A stretch of DNA of 64,000 bases from an uncultured Christensenellaceae bacterium. Lineage in GTDB: Bacteria; Bacillota; Clostridia; Christensenellales; Pumilibacteraceae. The stretch spans positions 99,748-163,747 of the forward strand of contig CAJULE010000001.1 in the NCBI GenBank assembly GCA_910587445.1, written 5' to 3'. The notes beneath the pieces are model-generated. The model ran no database searches. It had not been told where the DNA came from and worked only from the letters and a program-made list of their open reading frames with translations. A program made the position numbers and the translations under genes. Positions 37,922 through 46,963 of this stretch are shown here, piece by piece (within the stretch, counting starts at the first letter, position 1; every line of letters begins with the position of its first letter).

Positions 37922-38003
37922 CAAGGCAACAACAGGAGATAAATAGCGATATTTATCGTTTGTACTGCGATTGTAATAAATTTTTTACAAGGAGAAAGCA
38001 AGA

Positions 38004-38429
38004 ATGGCAAAGAAACTTCAAGCGGTTGTAAAACTTCAGCTGCCTGCCGGAAAAGCTACCCCGGGACCTCCCGTAGGTTCGTCCCTCGGTCCCCACGGTA
38101 TCAATATCCCGGCATTCACGAAGGAATTCAACGAAAAGACGAGAGGTCAGGAAGGACTTATAATTCCCTGCGTAATTTCCATATTCGCAGACCGCTCGTT
38201 TACGTTCGTGTTGAAGACCCCGCCCGCACCCGTACTTATCAAAAAGGCGTGCAAGATAGAGAGCGGATCGGCTAAACCGAACAAGGATAAGGTTGCGACT
38301 ATCACGAGCGAGCAGATCAAGGAAATAGCTACCTTGAAGATGCCCGACCTCAATGCGGCATCGCTCGAGAGCGCAATGAGCATGATAGCGGGAACGGCGC
38401 GCAGTATGGGCGTCGTGGTCAAGGACTAA
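38004..38429 (+). CDS. rplK: 50S ribosomal protein L11
   Basis: [35 protein letters not shown] is canonical L11. Confidence 0.95.
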   Translation: MAKKLQAVVKLQLPAGKATPGPPVGSSLGPHGINIPAFTKEFNEKTRGQEGLIIPCVISIFADRSFTFVLKTPPAPVLIKKACKIESGSAKPNKDKVATITSEQIKEIATLKMPDLNAASLESAMSMIAGTARSMGVVVKD

Positions 38430-38441
38430 GGAGGGCGCAAT

Positions 38442-39131
38442 ATGAAACACGGAAAGAAATATATGGCGTCTATGAAAGAAGTCGATTTGACCGTCGCTTA
38501 CGACACCGCAGAGGCCGTAAACAACGTGCTTAATACGGCAAAGGCGAAATTCGACGAAACGATAGAGCTTCACGTTCGCCTCGGCGTAGATCCCCGTCAG
38601 GCGGACCAGCAGGTGCGCGGCACCGTCGTCCTTCCCAACGGAACGGGTAAAACGGTTAAGGTGCTCGTAATAGCAAAGGGCGATAAAGCCGACATAGCTA
38701 CGAAGGCGGGAGCGGACATCGTAGGTGCGGAAGAGATAATCGCAAAGATCATGAACGAAAACTTCCTCGACTTCGACGTGTGCATAACCTCGCCCGACAT
38801 GATGGGTCAGATGGGTAGAGTGGCAAGAATCCTCGGTCCCCGCGGACTTATGCCTTCGCCTAAGAGCGGCACGGTCACGACCGACATCGCAAAGGCGATT
38901 GCCGACACCAAGGCAGGTAAGGTCGAGTACCGCGTAGACAAGACGGCTATCATTCACTGCCCGATAGGCAAGAAGTCGTTCGGCACGGAGAAGCTCGTCG
39001 AGAACCTCAACGCGCTTATGGACGCTATCGTTCGCGCAAAGCCCGCTGCGGCAAAAGGCACGTACGTAAAGAGCGTGTACTGTGCGTCGACTATGGGCCC
39101 CGGCGTTAAGGTCAATTATAAAATAAACTAA
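38442..39131 (+). CDS. rplA: 50S ribosomal protein L1
   Basis: Canonical L1 sequence, 229 aa. Confidence 0.95.
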   Translation: MKHGKKYMASMKEVDLTVAYDTAEAVNNVLNTAKAKFDETIELHVRLGVDPRQADQQVRGTVVLPNGTGKTVKVLVIAKGDKADIATKAGADIVGAEEIIAKIMNENFLDFDVCITSPDMMGQMGRVARILGPRGLMPSPKSGTVTTDIAKAIADTKAGKVEYRVDKTAIIHCPIGKKSFGTEKLVENLNALMDAIVRAKPAAAKGTYVKSVYCASTMGPGVKVNYKIN

Positions 39132-39162
39132 CCCAAAGCCGACAGCGTATGCATCGACGGAT

Positions 39163-39260
39163 ACGGGCTACGTTCGGCTCGCCGTCTCGGTTACGTACGA
39201 GTAAGTACGCGCCCTCGGCGTCTCGCCGACAGTTGCCCGTCTGCGCCGCGCCTCCGCTGT
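39163..39260 (+). repeat. third copy of the GC-rich hairpin repeat family (see 31658-31884), upstream of the rplJ promoter
   Basis: acgggctacg...tcggttacgtacgagtaagtacgcgccctcggcgtctcgcc... parallels unit A of the thrC-upstream repeats: acggg, tcggtt, gtacN6gtac hairpin, cgccctcggc, tcgcc. Confidence 0.4.
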
Positions 39261-39374
39261 CGTACAAACATTAGTTTGTAGTTCTTTGTGTAGAAATGGC
39301 GCTTTATGTGCCGTAAATTACACCAACACAACAAAATATCCCTTTCGTAGAAAACAAGTGTCCGTACGGATATA

Positions 39375-39484
39375 ATGGGAAACCGCTTGTCGAGAAAGAT
39401 CGGATTTAAATCGATACGGTTTATCTTTTCGGTCTCGGCGCGTTTATTGCGAAGGGACCGAATTTTTAAAGGAGGTAAAACAAA
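39375..39484 (+). promoter_or_regulatory. putative rplJ (L10) autoregulatory leader region downstream of a TATAAT -10 box
   Basis: TATAAT at about 39368-39373. The structured, GC-rich leader that follows sits upstream of the L10 leader. Identity inferred from context, no structure computed. Confidence 0.35.
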
Positions 39485-39979
39485 GTGTCCGAACAGATAA
39501 TGAAGCTTAAACAGCAGGAAGTCGAAGGGCTTTCCGAAAAGTTCGCCAAGGCAAAAGGTATCGTGCTCGTGGATTACCGCGGCATGACGGTTGCCGAGGA
39601 CACCGCTCTGCGCAACGAAATGCGCAAGAACAACGTGGAGTACAAGGTCGTCAAAAACCGCATAATGCTCCGTGCGTTCGAAAAGGCGGGTTATACGGGA
39701 CTCGAGGACGTACTTCAGGGAACGACGGCAGTCGCAATTTCTTACGACGACCCCGTTACGCCCGCGAAGGTGCTTTCCGACAATGCGAAGAAGATAAACA
39801 AGACGGCGCTTAAAGGCGGCGTAATAGAAGGAAGCGTGATGGACGAGAAGGCGATCAAGTCGGTTGCCGCTATCCCGCCCAAGACGGTGCTTCTGTCCCA
39901 GCTTGTGGGACTGCTCACTTCGCCCATGCGTTCGCTCGCGGTCGGTCTTTCCGAAGTCGCAAAGAAGCAGAGCGCGTAA
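39485..39979 (+). CDS. rplJ: 50S ribosomal protein L10
   Basis: GTG start 10 nt after AAGGAGG. Canonical L10 sequence. Confidence 0.9.
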   Translation: MSEQIMKLKQQEVEGLSEKFAKAKGIVLVDYRGMTVAEDTALRNEMRKNNVEYKVVKNRIMLRAFEKAGYTGLEDVLQGTTAVAISYDDPVTPAKVLSDNAKKINKTALKGGVIEGSVMDEKAIKSVAAIPPKTVLLSQLVGLLTSPMRSLAVGLSEVAKKQSA

Positions 39980-40079
39980 GGCAAGGCGCAGCTTGAATTC
40001 GTACTGTAAAACATTGCCTATAGCGGCAATCCGAAATCAAAAAAAATAAAATCGAAAAATCAATCGGAGGATTATAAAA

Positions 40080-40457
40080 ATGGCAGATTTGAATAAACTT
40101 CTCGAAGAAGTTAAGGGCATGACCGTCCTTGAACTCAACGAGTTCGTTAAGATGATAGAAACCGAGTTCGGCGTAAGCGCGGCGGCTATGGCGGTTGCGG
40201 CTCCCGCGGCAGGCGGCGCAGCGGCAGCTCCCGCAGAGGAAGAGCAGACGGAATTCACCGTCGTCCTCAAGGAAATCGGACCCAACAAGATACCCGTTAT
40301 CAAGGTGGTCCGCGAGGCAACCGGTCTCGGTCTCGGCGAAGCAAAGGCTGTCGTCGACGGCGCTCCTTCCAACGTAAAGGAAGGTATCAGCAAAGAGGCG
40401 GCTACCGAGCTTGTCAACAAGTTCAAGGAAGTCGGCGCAGTTGCGGAAATGAAGTAA
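40080..40457 (+). CDS. rplL: 50S ribosomal protein L7/L12
   Basis: Ala-rich hinge and C-terminal [22 protein letters not shown] motif. Confidence 0.95.
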   Translation: MADLNKLLEEVKGMTVLELNEFVKMIETEFGVSAAAMAVAAPAAGGAAAAPAEEEQTEFTVVLKEIGPNKIPVIKVVREATGLGLGEAKAVVDGAPSNVKEGISKEAATELVNKFKEVGAVAEMK

Positions 40458-40473
40458 ATTCGTTTCGGGAAAA

Positions 40474-40554
40474 AAGCTCGCAATTCGGTTTGCGGGCTTT
40501 TTTTATAGGGATAAAAAGCAAGGAAAGACAGCTATGGCTTTCCTTGCTTTTTTG
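40474..40554 (+). terminator. tandem rho-independent terminators after rplL
   Basis: gctcgcaa ttcggtt tgcgggc followed by TTTTTTT. Then aagcaaggaaag...ctttccttgctt followed by TTTTT. Confidence 0.6.
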
Positions 40555-40609
40555 CTGTGATTTTGCTATACTGTAACTGCGATAAACAGTAATTTAACGG
40601 AGAAAGTCT

Positions 40610-41074
40610 ATGCGGTTTACGGCTTATGAAATGAAAACAGACATAGCAAAGATTGAACGCAATGTCAGCATACATTGTATTCCGTTTGAAGAGCGCTTTT
40701 TTGAAGAATATAAAAAAATGTATAATGAAAGTTTTCGGGAAATGAGAAAGTGTTTAGATATTAAGCCATATAACTTTTTGTCCAACTATGCTCAAATTAA
40801 AGATAAAGCCGATGATATTTTTATTCTCGTAGATAACGGCGGATTAGTGGGTTCCGTTGCCTGTTATGGTAACGAAATAGACGATTTGTTTGTAGGTAAA
40901 CAATTTCAAGGAAAAGGAATCGGTAAACAACTGCTTTTGTGGGGAATGAATTATATGAGGATTAAAAACAATTCATCGATACATTTACACGTTGCGGAAT
41001 GGAACAAAAAAGCCGTAATGCTTTATAGAAGCGTAGGCTTTACTATTGTAAAAACAGAGATAGTCGAAAGATAA
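40610..41074 (+). CDS. GNAT-family N-acetyltransferase (AT-rich gene)
   Basis: Acetyl-CoA-binding motif QFQGKGIGKQLL. 154 aa. Markedly lower GC than its flanks. Confidence 0.8.
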   Translation: MRFTAYEMKTDIAKIERNVSIHCIPFEERFFEEYKKMYNESFREMRKCLDIKPYNFLSNYAQIKDKADDIFILVDNGGLVGSVACYGNEIDDLFVGKQFQGKGIGKQLLLWGMNYMRIKNNSSIHLHVAEWNKKAVMLYRSVGFTIVKTEIVER

Positions 41075-41091
41075 ATTTCAATTTCGCAATA

Positions 41092-41214
41092 CAGGCTCCA
41101 CTTAATAAGGGGAGCTCCGCGAAGCGATGAGGGGATGTGAAATATGTCGGGAAAACAAATCCCCTCAATCACTCGTACCTCGTGACAGCTCCCATTGCTA
41201 AGGGGAGCCTAATG
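41092..41214. mobile_element. MITE-like / palindromic structured element (about 120 bp) with about 24-bp imperfect terminal inverted repeats
   Basis: Left end aggctccacttaataaggggagct. Reverse complement of the right end is aggctccccttagcaatgggagct. Internal 8-bp stem gaggggat...atcccctc. Confidence 0.35.
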
Positions 41215-41243
41215 CAAGAAAATTCAATTTAACGGAGAACACT

Positions 41244-41849
41244 ATGAAATTGGAAATGAAAGCGATGAAGTGGACGCGGAAACCGAAAGATTACAACATC
41301 ACTTCGGATAAGGTCGAAATTATAACGGCGCCGCATACGGATTTATGGCAACGCACTTATTATCATTTCAGAAACGATAATGCGCCCGTTCTGCAAATAT
41401 CCACAGACGAAAAGTATTTTTCGTTTATAGTCAAAACGGAATTCGAGTCGAAAAAACGATTCGATCAATGCGGCGTTGTGATGTATTTGGACGGCGAAAA
41501 TTGGCTGAAAGGCTCTATTGAATACGAAAACGAGCAATTTCAGCATTTGGGCAGCGTGGTGACAAACATGGGTTATTCCGATTGGGCAACAACAGTCATC
41601 GACGCTTCGGTAAAATCAATGTGGTATCGATTCAGCCGCAGGGAAGACGATTATTGTATCGAGTGTTCCGATGACGGAATACATTTTAAGCAAATGCGTA
41701 TTTGCCATATGTGGAATGGGCAGGGAACAATCAGTTTCGGCATTTATGCGTGCAGTCCCGAAGATTCTTCATTTAAGGCGACTTTTACGAATATGCAAAT
41801 TACGGAATGTCAATGGTATGCGCATGACGGACAGTCGCCGGACGATTAA
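41244..41849 (+). CDS. hypothetical protein, possibly DUF1349-like (concanavalin-like fold); AT-rich gene
   Basis: 201 aa, soluble. The DUF1349 family guess is from memory only. Confidence 0.4.
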   Translation: MKLEMKAMKWTRKPKDYNITSDKVEIITAPHTDLWQRTYYHFRNDNAPVLQISTDEKYFSFIVKTEFESKKRFDQCGVVMYLDGENWLKGSIEYENEQFQHLGSVVTNMGYSDWATTVIDASVKSMWYRFSRREDDYCIECSDDGIHFKQMRICHMWNGQGTISFGIYACSPEDSSFKATFTNMQITECQWYAHDGQSPDD

Positions 41850-42052
41850 CGAACGATTAAATTTCGATTTACCTTACTGTAGTTATTCGCAGTCGAAAGG
41901 TCTCGACCGATGTGTCCGTAGGCGTTTTGTCGTCGCTTAAAGTGCAACTTTCTAAAATTCGGCGTTTTAATTTCCCGAACGCGCAATAGCGAAAGCGAGT
42001 TCGCTTCTTTGTGAAAAATAGACGAAACTTTGCCGTTTGGTCCGCTTCGGAA

Positions 42053-42080
42053 TTGACAAAAATCCGTATAGGGGATATAA
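42053..42080 (+). promoter_or_regulatory. consensus sigma-A promoter TTGACA-N16-TATAAT
   Basis: TTGACA at 42053-42058, TATAAT at 42075-42080, then AAAGGAGG RBS before 42120. Confidence 0.5.
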
Positions 42081-42119
42081 TGGGCATGACCCGAACAAAA
42101 ACCAAAAGGAGGGTGTCGT

Positions 42120-42887
42120 ATGCAGAATGTGATCTCGTCGTTTGCGAAAGTGTTTTCTACGGCAAATACTTTCGACGCTTATCTTCTGTACATCATAGTA
42201 ACCGCGCTTATAATCCCGATATTTTTGTTGGGCATAATCGCAAACGTCAAAGTCAATTCCACTTTTTCCAAATACAGCCGAGTGGATTCGCGAACAAACC
42301 TTACGGCGGCGGAGGCCGCGAGAAAGGTGCTGGACAGCGAGGGACTCGCGAATGTAACGATTCGCCGTATTCGCGGCAATCTGACCGACAATTACAATCC
42401 TTCGACGAACGTATTGTCGCTTTCCGAATCGGTGTACGATTCGACGTCGGTTGCGGCGCTCGGCGTTGCCTGCCACGAGGCGGGGCACGCCATACAGCAC
42501 GCGAAGAAATATCCGTTTGCGACGTTGAGAATCAAGCTCGTGCCGCTCCTGAACTTTGCGAATACGTTTTTATGGCCGCTGTTCATAATAGGGCTCATAT
42601 TCGGTTTCGTCGGCTTCGGCGGAATTTTGGGCGACGTGTTTCTTATTATCGGCATGGTCATTTTCGGCGGTTCGCTGTTGTTTGCGCTTGTCACGCTGCC
42701 GACGGAATTCGACGCTTCGCGAAGAGCTCTTGCCGTTCTCGGCAACGGTTATATGAGCGGGAACGAACTGAAAGGCGCGAAAAAGGTTCTTCGCGCCGCC
42801 GCAATGACTTATGTTGCAAGCTTTTTGATGTCCGCAATACAGTTCCTTCGTATGCTTTCGATTTTCCTCATGAACCGCAGGGACTGA
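42120..42887 (+). CDS. membrane zinc metallopeptidase, YugP-like (Zn_peptidase_2)
   Basis: HEAGHAIQH zinc-binding HExxH motif. N- and C-terminal TM helices. 255 aa. Confidence 0.8.
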   Translation: MQNVISSFAKVFSTANTFDAYLLYIIVTALIIPIFLLGIIANVKVNSTFSKYSRVDSRTNLTAAEAARKVLDSEGLANVTIRRIRGNLTDNYNPSTNVLSLSESVYDSTSVAALGVACHEAGHAIQHAKKYPFATLRIKLVPLLNFANTFLWPLFIIGLIFGFVGFGGILGDVFLIIGMVIFGGSLLFALVTLPTEFDASRRALAVLGNGYMSGNELKGAKKVLRAAAMTYVASFLMSAIQFLRMLSIFLMNRRD

Positions 42888-42960
42888 GCGTAAGTTTCGA
42901 AAACGCAAAAGCCGACCGCTGTTCGCTCGAAAGACGGTAAGCAAGGATTACACCGCGAAT

Positions 42961-43527
42961 TTATTCGGTTTCGTCGATATTGTCGATGAGACCGTTTTTA
43001 TATTCTACGCGAAAAAGAGCCGCTTCTCCCTCGGCGGCGGGAATCAAAAAGAACGAGTTTATTTCGCCCGAGACATATCCGTTGTTTTCCACGAGATCGC
43101 AGTATCCGTCGAAAAAGGCGAGCAGAGAATTGTCGTCTACGGAAGCGGAGAGCTCCGGGGTCAGAAGCGCCCTTGCCGAGGTGACGTCGCGCCGCGAGAT
43201 CGCGTCGAAGAGCCGCCGCGCCGCGCCCGCGTCGGTTTTGGGATGCTCGTGTCTTACGGGCGTATATACGTAATTGAAGCGAGGCAGAAAGCGCGCGAGA
43301 TACCGCTCTCCCTTCAGTCTGTAAAAGACGGTGAGCGCGGCATTGGCATAGACCGCTCCGCCGCCTATGCGCACGGTGTACGGCAAATACACGGCGTCGA
43401 GAGGCAGGACGGTTATGTAGAGGCTGTCGCTCGGCTCGGCTTTCAGGCGGGTGAGCGAGGGGAAGAACACGCCGTTTACGAGAAAGACGGCAGGGAATTC
43501 ACATTCGAAAAAATAGAGGGTTTCCAT
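42961..43527 (-). CDS. hypothetical protein (188 aa, acidic C-terminus)
   Basis: Longest ORF in this interval. Composition is protein-like, unlike the overlapping + frames. No strong RBS. Confidence 0.45.
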   Translation of the reverse strand: METLYFFECEFPAVFLVNGVFFPSLTRLKAEPSDSLYITVLPLDAVYLPYTVRIGGGAVYANAALTVFYRLKGERYLARFLPRFNYVYTPVRHEHPKTDAGAARRLFDAISRRDVTSARALLTPELSASVDDNSLLAFFDGYCDLVENNGYVSGEINSFFLIPAAEGEAALFRVEYKNGLIDNIDETE

Positions 43528-43623
43528 GTGTTATAAGTATGAAAAAGTTTGCCCGTTTATGTATAAACCGACTTACTTAAGGGCAATATCCGTGTACAGT
43601 AAAGCAATATCGGAGGACTACAC

Positions 43624-44208
43624 ATGGACAATAATTGGACGTTGCCGCAAACAAAAGAGCTGTTTTCGCTGGTCGAACAGGCGAACAAGTCGGGCAAGGG
43701 GCTCGGCACGGCATTCGACAAGATGTCGAAAAAGTGCGGGCGCTCTGCCAACAGCGTTCGTAATTTCTACTATTCCCAGCTTAAGATGTTCCAGCTTCTT
43801 CCCACGCTTGCGAGCGACCTCGAAATAAAACTTCCCGAAAGCAAGCGCAACAGTTTCGAGCTTTTCACGGACGCGGAAATACGCACGCTTATCGAAAACA
43901 TTCTCGTAGGCAAAGCCGCGGGCAAGAGCGTCCGCGCCGTCATAGCCGCTATGGCGGAAGGCGATTCGAAGCGCGCGCTCAGGCTTCAGAACAAGTATCG
44001 CAGTATGCTCACTCATCACCGCGCCTATGTCGAACGCGTAATGGACGAGCTGAAAGAGCGCGACATCGCGTACTACGATCCGTACCGTCGCACGCTCGGA
44101 AAAAATACCGATAAGGACGACAATCTCAAGAAGCTCGGAGAATACATTTCCCGTCTCGACGAGCAGGAGGCCGGCAGCTTTTTACAGCTGATCCGCAAGC
44201 TTATTTAG
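43624..44208 (+). CDS. RsfA-like Myb/SANT-domain transcription regulator (sporulation-associated family), putative
   Basis: Two Myb-like repeats (NWTLPQTKELFSLVEQ...SVRNFYYSQLK and FTDAEIRTLIENI...LRLQNKYRSM). GGAGG 8 nt upstream of the ATG. Confidence 0.45.
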   Translation: MDNNWTLPQTKELFSLVEQANKSGKGLGTAFDKMSKKCGRSANSVRNFYYSQLKMFQLLPTLASDLEIKLPESKRNSFELFTDAEIRTLIENILVGKAAGKSVRAVIAAMAEGDSKRALRLQNKYRSMLTHHRAYVERVMDELKERDIAYYDPYRRTLGKNTDKDDNLKKLGEYISRLDEQEAGSFLQLIRKLI

Positions 44209-44238
44209 ACCGACGCCGTTTTACGGTTTGCAATCGCA

Positions 44239-44268
44239 CGCCCCGAAACTCGATTTCGGGGTTTTTTC
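44239..44268 (+). terminator. rho-independent terminator
   Basis: ccccgaaa ctcga tttcgggg, then TTTTTT. Confidence 0.65.
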
Positions 44269-44346
44269 TTTGCGAAAAAGTATGTCGAAATTTCCCGTAT
44301 ACGGATTTTCCAAACGCGAAAGCTATAAGTACAAATATTATATTAT

Positions 44347-44376
44347 TTGACAATATACATTATTTTGATGTATACT
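44347..44376 (+). promoter_or_regulatory. sigma-A-like promoter TTGACA-N18-TGtTATACT (extended -10)
   Basis: TTGACA at 44347-44352, TATACT at 44371-44376 preceded by TG. Confidence 0.45.
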
Positions 44377-44412
44377 GTTTCGAGTGGCAGTAAAAAAAGC
44401 ATATATTTCCTT

Positions 44413-44440
44413 GACTTTTTTTCGGGGGGGGGTATACTTA
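44413..44440 (+). promoter_or_regulatory. second promoter TTGACT-N16-TATACT with a G9 homopolymer in the spacer (candidate phase-variable promoter)
   Basis: TTGACT at 44413-44418. Spacer ttttttc + G9 (44426-44434). TATACT at 44435-44440. About 55 nt upstream of the lipoprotein ATG at 44495. Confidence 0.45.
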
Positions 44441-44494
44441 GTCTGTCACTGCGTGATTCGGTGTTTCGCGGCATTTCGCGAAAAGGAGGATTGA

Positions 44495-46963
44495 ATGAAA
44501 AAATTTCGGTACAGCCTTTTGCTTGTCGTCGTTCTTGCGCTATGCGCGGGAGTCTTTGCGGCTTGCGACGGCGAAAAGGTGTCGGTGTCGCTCGACGCAA
44601 ACGGCGGCACGTGTACGGTGCAGACGGTTACGGCGCAGGTGGGCAAAAAGCTCGCGCCCGTGCCGGCAGCCGAGCGCGACGGTTATGTGTTCGAGGGCTG
44701 GTTTAAAAGCGCTTCGGGCGGCGAGCGGTGGAACTTCGAGACGGATAAGGTCAAGGGCTCAATGACGCTTTACGCGGGTTTCCGCCCTCAGACGAGCGAT
44801 TTTGTCGGCGTCACTTACCATGTGGGCGACGGAGTCGATTCCGCACCCGTAAGCCGTGACGTGAGAAAGGGCAATCTTTTGCCCGTGCCGTCCGACCCCG
44901 TGAAAGACGGCTATCGTTTCGACGGCTGGTTCAAAGACAGCGAGTGTAAATCGGCTTGGGATTTCGGTTCCGATACCGTGGACAGCGAACTTACGCTGTA
45001 CGCAAAGTGGTCGAAGATACATACGGTTACGGTCATGCACGGACAGGAGCGTATCGCGAGCGTAGCATACGAGGACGGCGCGGCGCTCAGGAACATATTG
45101 CCGCTTATAGACGGACTTGTGTATACGGGGCTTTACGAGGACGCGGAGTTTAATTCCGAAGCCATGGCGAACTCTGCCGTCACTAAGGACGTCACATATT
45201 ATGCTCGGTACGAAAAGCCGACGCCCGAAAGCTTTTTCGATTACGAAAGCGAATACGGATATGTGAATATAAAAGGTCTTAAGGACGAATTCGATGGAGA
45301 CGAGGTGATCATTCCCGAATCCATTTTGGGAATACCGGTAAGAAACGTGTCGTTCGATTCGTCCGACAGGTACAATCGCGTAGTCATCTCTTCGAATGTC
45401 ATCAGTTTCGATACCCATGTCAGTACCGAAAAGCTTGTCATTTCACCCGCCAACGTAAATTACGCCACATACGACGATTGCATATACAGGAAGGAATCCC
45501 ACGGCAATCGTTGTTATCTCATGCACATTCCCGAAAATAAGCGTGTAATAACCGTAATGCCGGGTGCGCAAATAAGCGGAACAAGTAGTGACGGGAAAAT
45601 TTTCGTTCTTTCCGACGACGCATATGCTCATGAAAACGATTCTCTCGATTATAAACGCATAGTTGTTCCCGACGAGTATTACAACGATTATTCCGGACTT
45701 ATGTCGAACGTCGAAGGTTATTTGTTCCGTAAGTCGGAGATGACGGGCACGATGCTTGCGAAAAACGGCAAGCTGTATATGTGGATCGAGGGAGACAAGG
45801 CGACGGTCGGAACGGACGACGACGGCATAACCGAAATAGTCGACGGAGCTCTTTACGGCGTGCACGAAGTGACGTTCGGCGAAAACATAACCTCTATAGA
45901 GGGCAAGCTGTTTTCGAATTGGTCGAGCACGAACGGGAAAGCCGACAGCTATAAGTATACTTTTCTCGGAAGCGTGCCGCAAAGAACGACGGCTTACGAG
46001 TTCTTTCCGCAAGTTTACGATGTCGAGGGCGATACTTTGGAGATAAAGGTCAAGAAAGAGTACGTCACGGCTTATAAAGACGATTGGAATATGGACTATT
46101 ATCAGTTCAAGCTTGTGAGCGGCGAAACCTCTCTTGTGGAGGACGGCAAGCTCATCGCCTGGTTCGGAGGCGACACCGCCGTCGTGGGCACTGCGACGGA
46201 CGGCATAACCGTGATAGGCGACGGTGCGCTTTACGGTGTGCACGACATCACCATAGACGAGGGAATAGCCGAAATCGAGGGATATAATATACTCGCCGGT
46301 TACGAATACGGGCGTATTCATAATATAAGCGTAACTTTCTTGGGCGATTTGCCCGTCCTGAACGGATTATATTGTCCCATAAACACGAGAAACGGAAGCA
46401 CGTTTGTCGTGAACATTCCCGAGCAGTACGTAGAAAAATACGCGAAAAAGCTTGTCGATGTATGGAAGTATGTGAAGATCGACACCGAGGACGAATTTAC
46501 CGTAATAAACGGCGAGCTTTACAAGTATAACGGCAACGATACGGAGATCCATATTCCCGCAGGCGTCGTCGACGTAAGGAACAACGCGCTTCCCGAAAAC
46601 ATGACAAAGCTGTATTTAGCAAGGACGGAAACGAACAGAGATCTTGATATAAGTATTTTCGGCTTGAATCTTATTTCGGACCGACTCGACGTATATGTGT
46701 CGAACGGACATTTTACCGTTTCCGAAGGAAGCGGAACTCGCGACGTATATGTAAGGTATAGATTCGATTACCTGCGGTTCTTTTCGGTAGACGAGATCGG
46801 TAACGAAAACGACAAGGCGGGAACGGTCACATTCCACGTCGATACGTCGGATACGACGGCGCTCGAATACTATACGAAATATTGTAAGGACGCGGAATCG
46901 AATTCTTCGTCTGTTTATACGAAATACGAAGCTGTAGAGTGGGAGGCGGACGCTAATGCTTGA
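44495..46963 (+). CDS. large surface lipoprotein with Listeria-Bacteroides (Flg_new/InlB-B-like) repeats followed by BspA-type LRR_5 repeats
   Basis: Signal + lipobox LALCAGVFAAC. Three about 70-aa repeats with GY.F.GWF....W.F motif. Later repeats of the DGALYGVHE/DITF type. 822 aa. Confidence 0.7.
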   Translation: MKKFRYSLLLVVVLALCAGVFAACDGEKVSVSLDANGGTCTVQTVTAQVGKKLAPVPAAERDGYVFEGWFKSASGGERWNFETDKVKGSMTLYAGFRPQTSDFVGVTYHVGDGVDSAPVSRDVRKGNLLPVPSDPVKDGYRFDGWFKDSECKSAWDFGSDTVDSELTLYAKWSKIHTVTVMHGQERIASVAYEDGAALRNILPLIDGLVYTGLYEDAEFNSEAMANSAVTKDVTYYARYEKPTPESFFDYESEYGYVNIKGLKDEFDGDEVIIPESILGIPVRNVSFDSSDRYNRVVISSNVISFDTHVSTEKLVISPANVNYATYDDCIYRKESHGNRCYLMHIPENKRVITVMPGAQISGTSSDGKIFVLSDDAYAHENDSLDYKRIVVPDEYYNDYSGLMSNVEGYLFRKSEMTGTMLAKNGKLYMWIEGDKATVGTDDDGITEIVDGALYGVHEVTFGENITSIEGKLFSNWSSTNGKADSYKYTFLGSVPQRTTAYEFFPQVYDVEGDTLEIKVKKEYVTAYKDDWNMDYYQFKLVSGETSLVEDGKLIAWFGGDTAVVGTATDGITVIGDGALYGVHDITIDEGIAEIEGYNILAGYEYGRIHNISVTFLGDLPVLNGLYCPINTRNGSTFVVNIPEQYVEKYAKKLVDVWKYVKIDTEDEFTVINGELYKYNGNDTEIHIPAGVVDVRNNALPENMTKLYLARTETNRDLDISIFGLNLISDRLDVYVSNGHFTVSEGSGTRDVYVRYRFDYLRFFSVDEIGNENDKAGTVTFHVDTSDTTALEYYTKYCKDAESNSSSVYTKYEAVEWEADANA

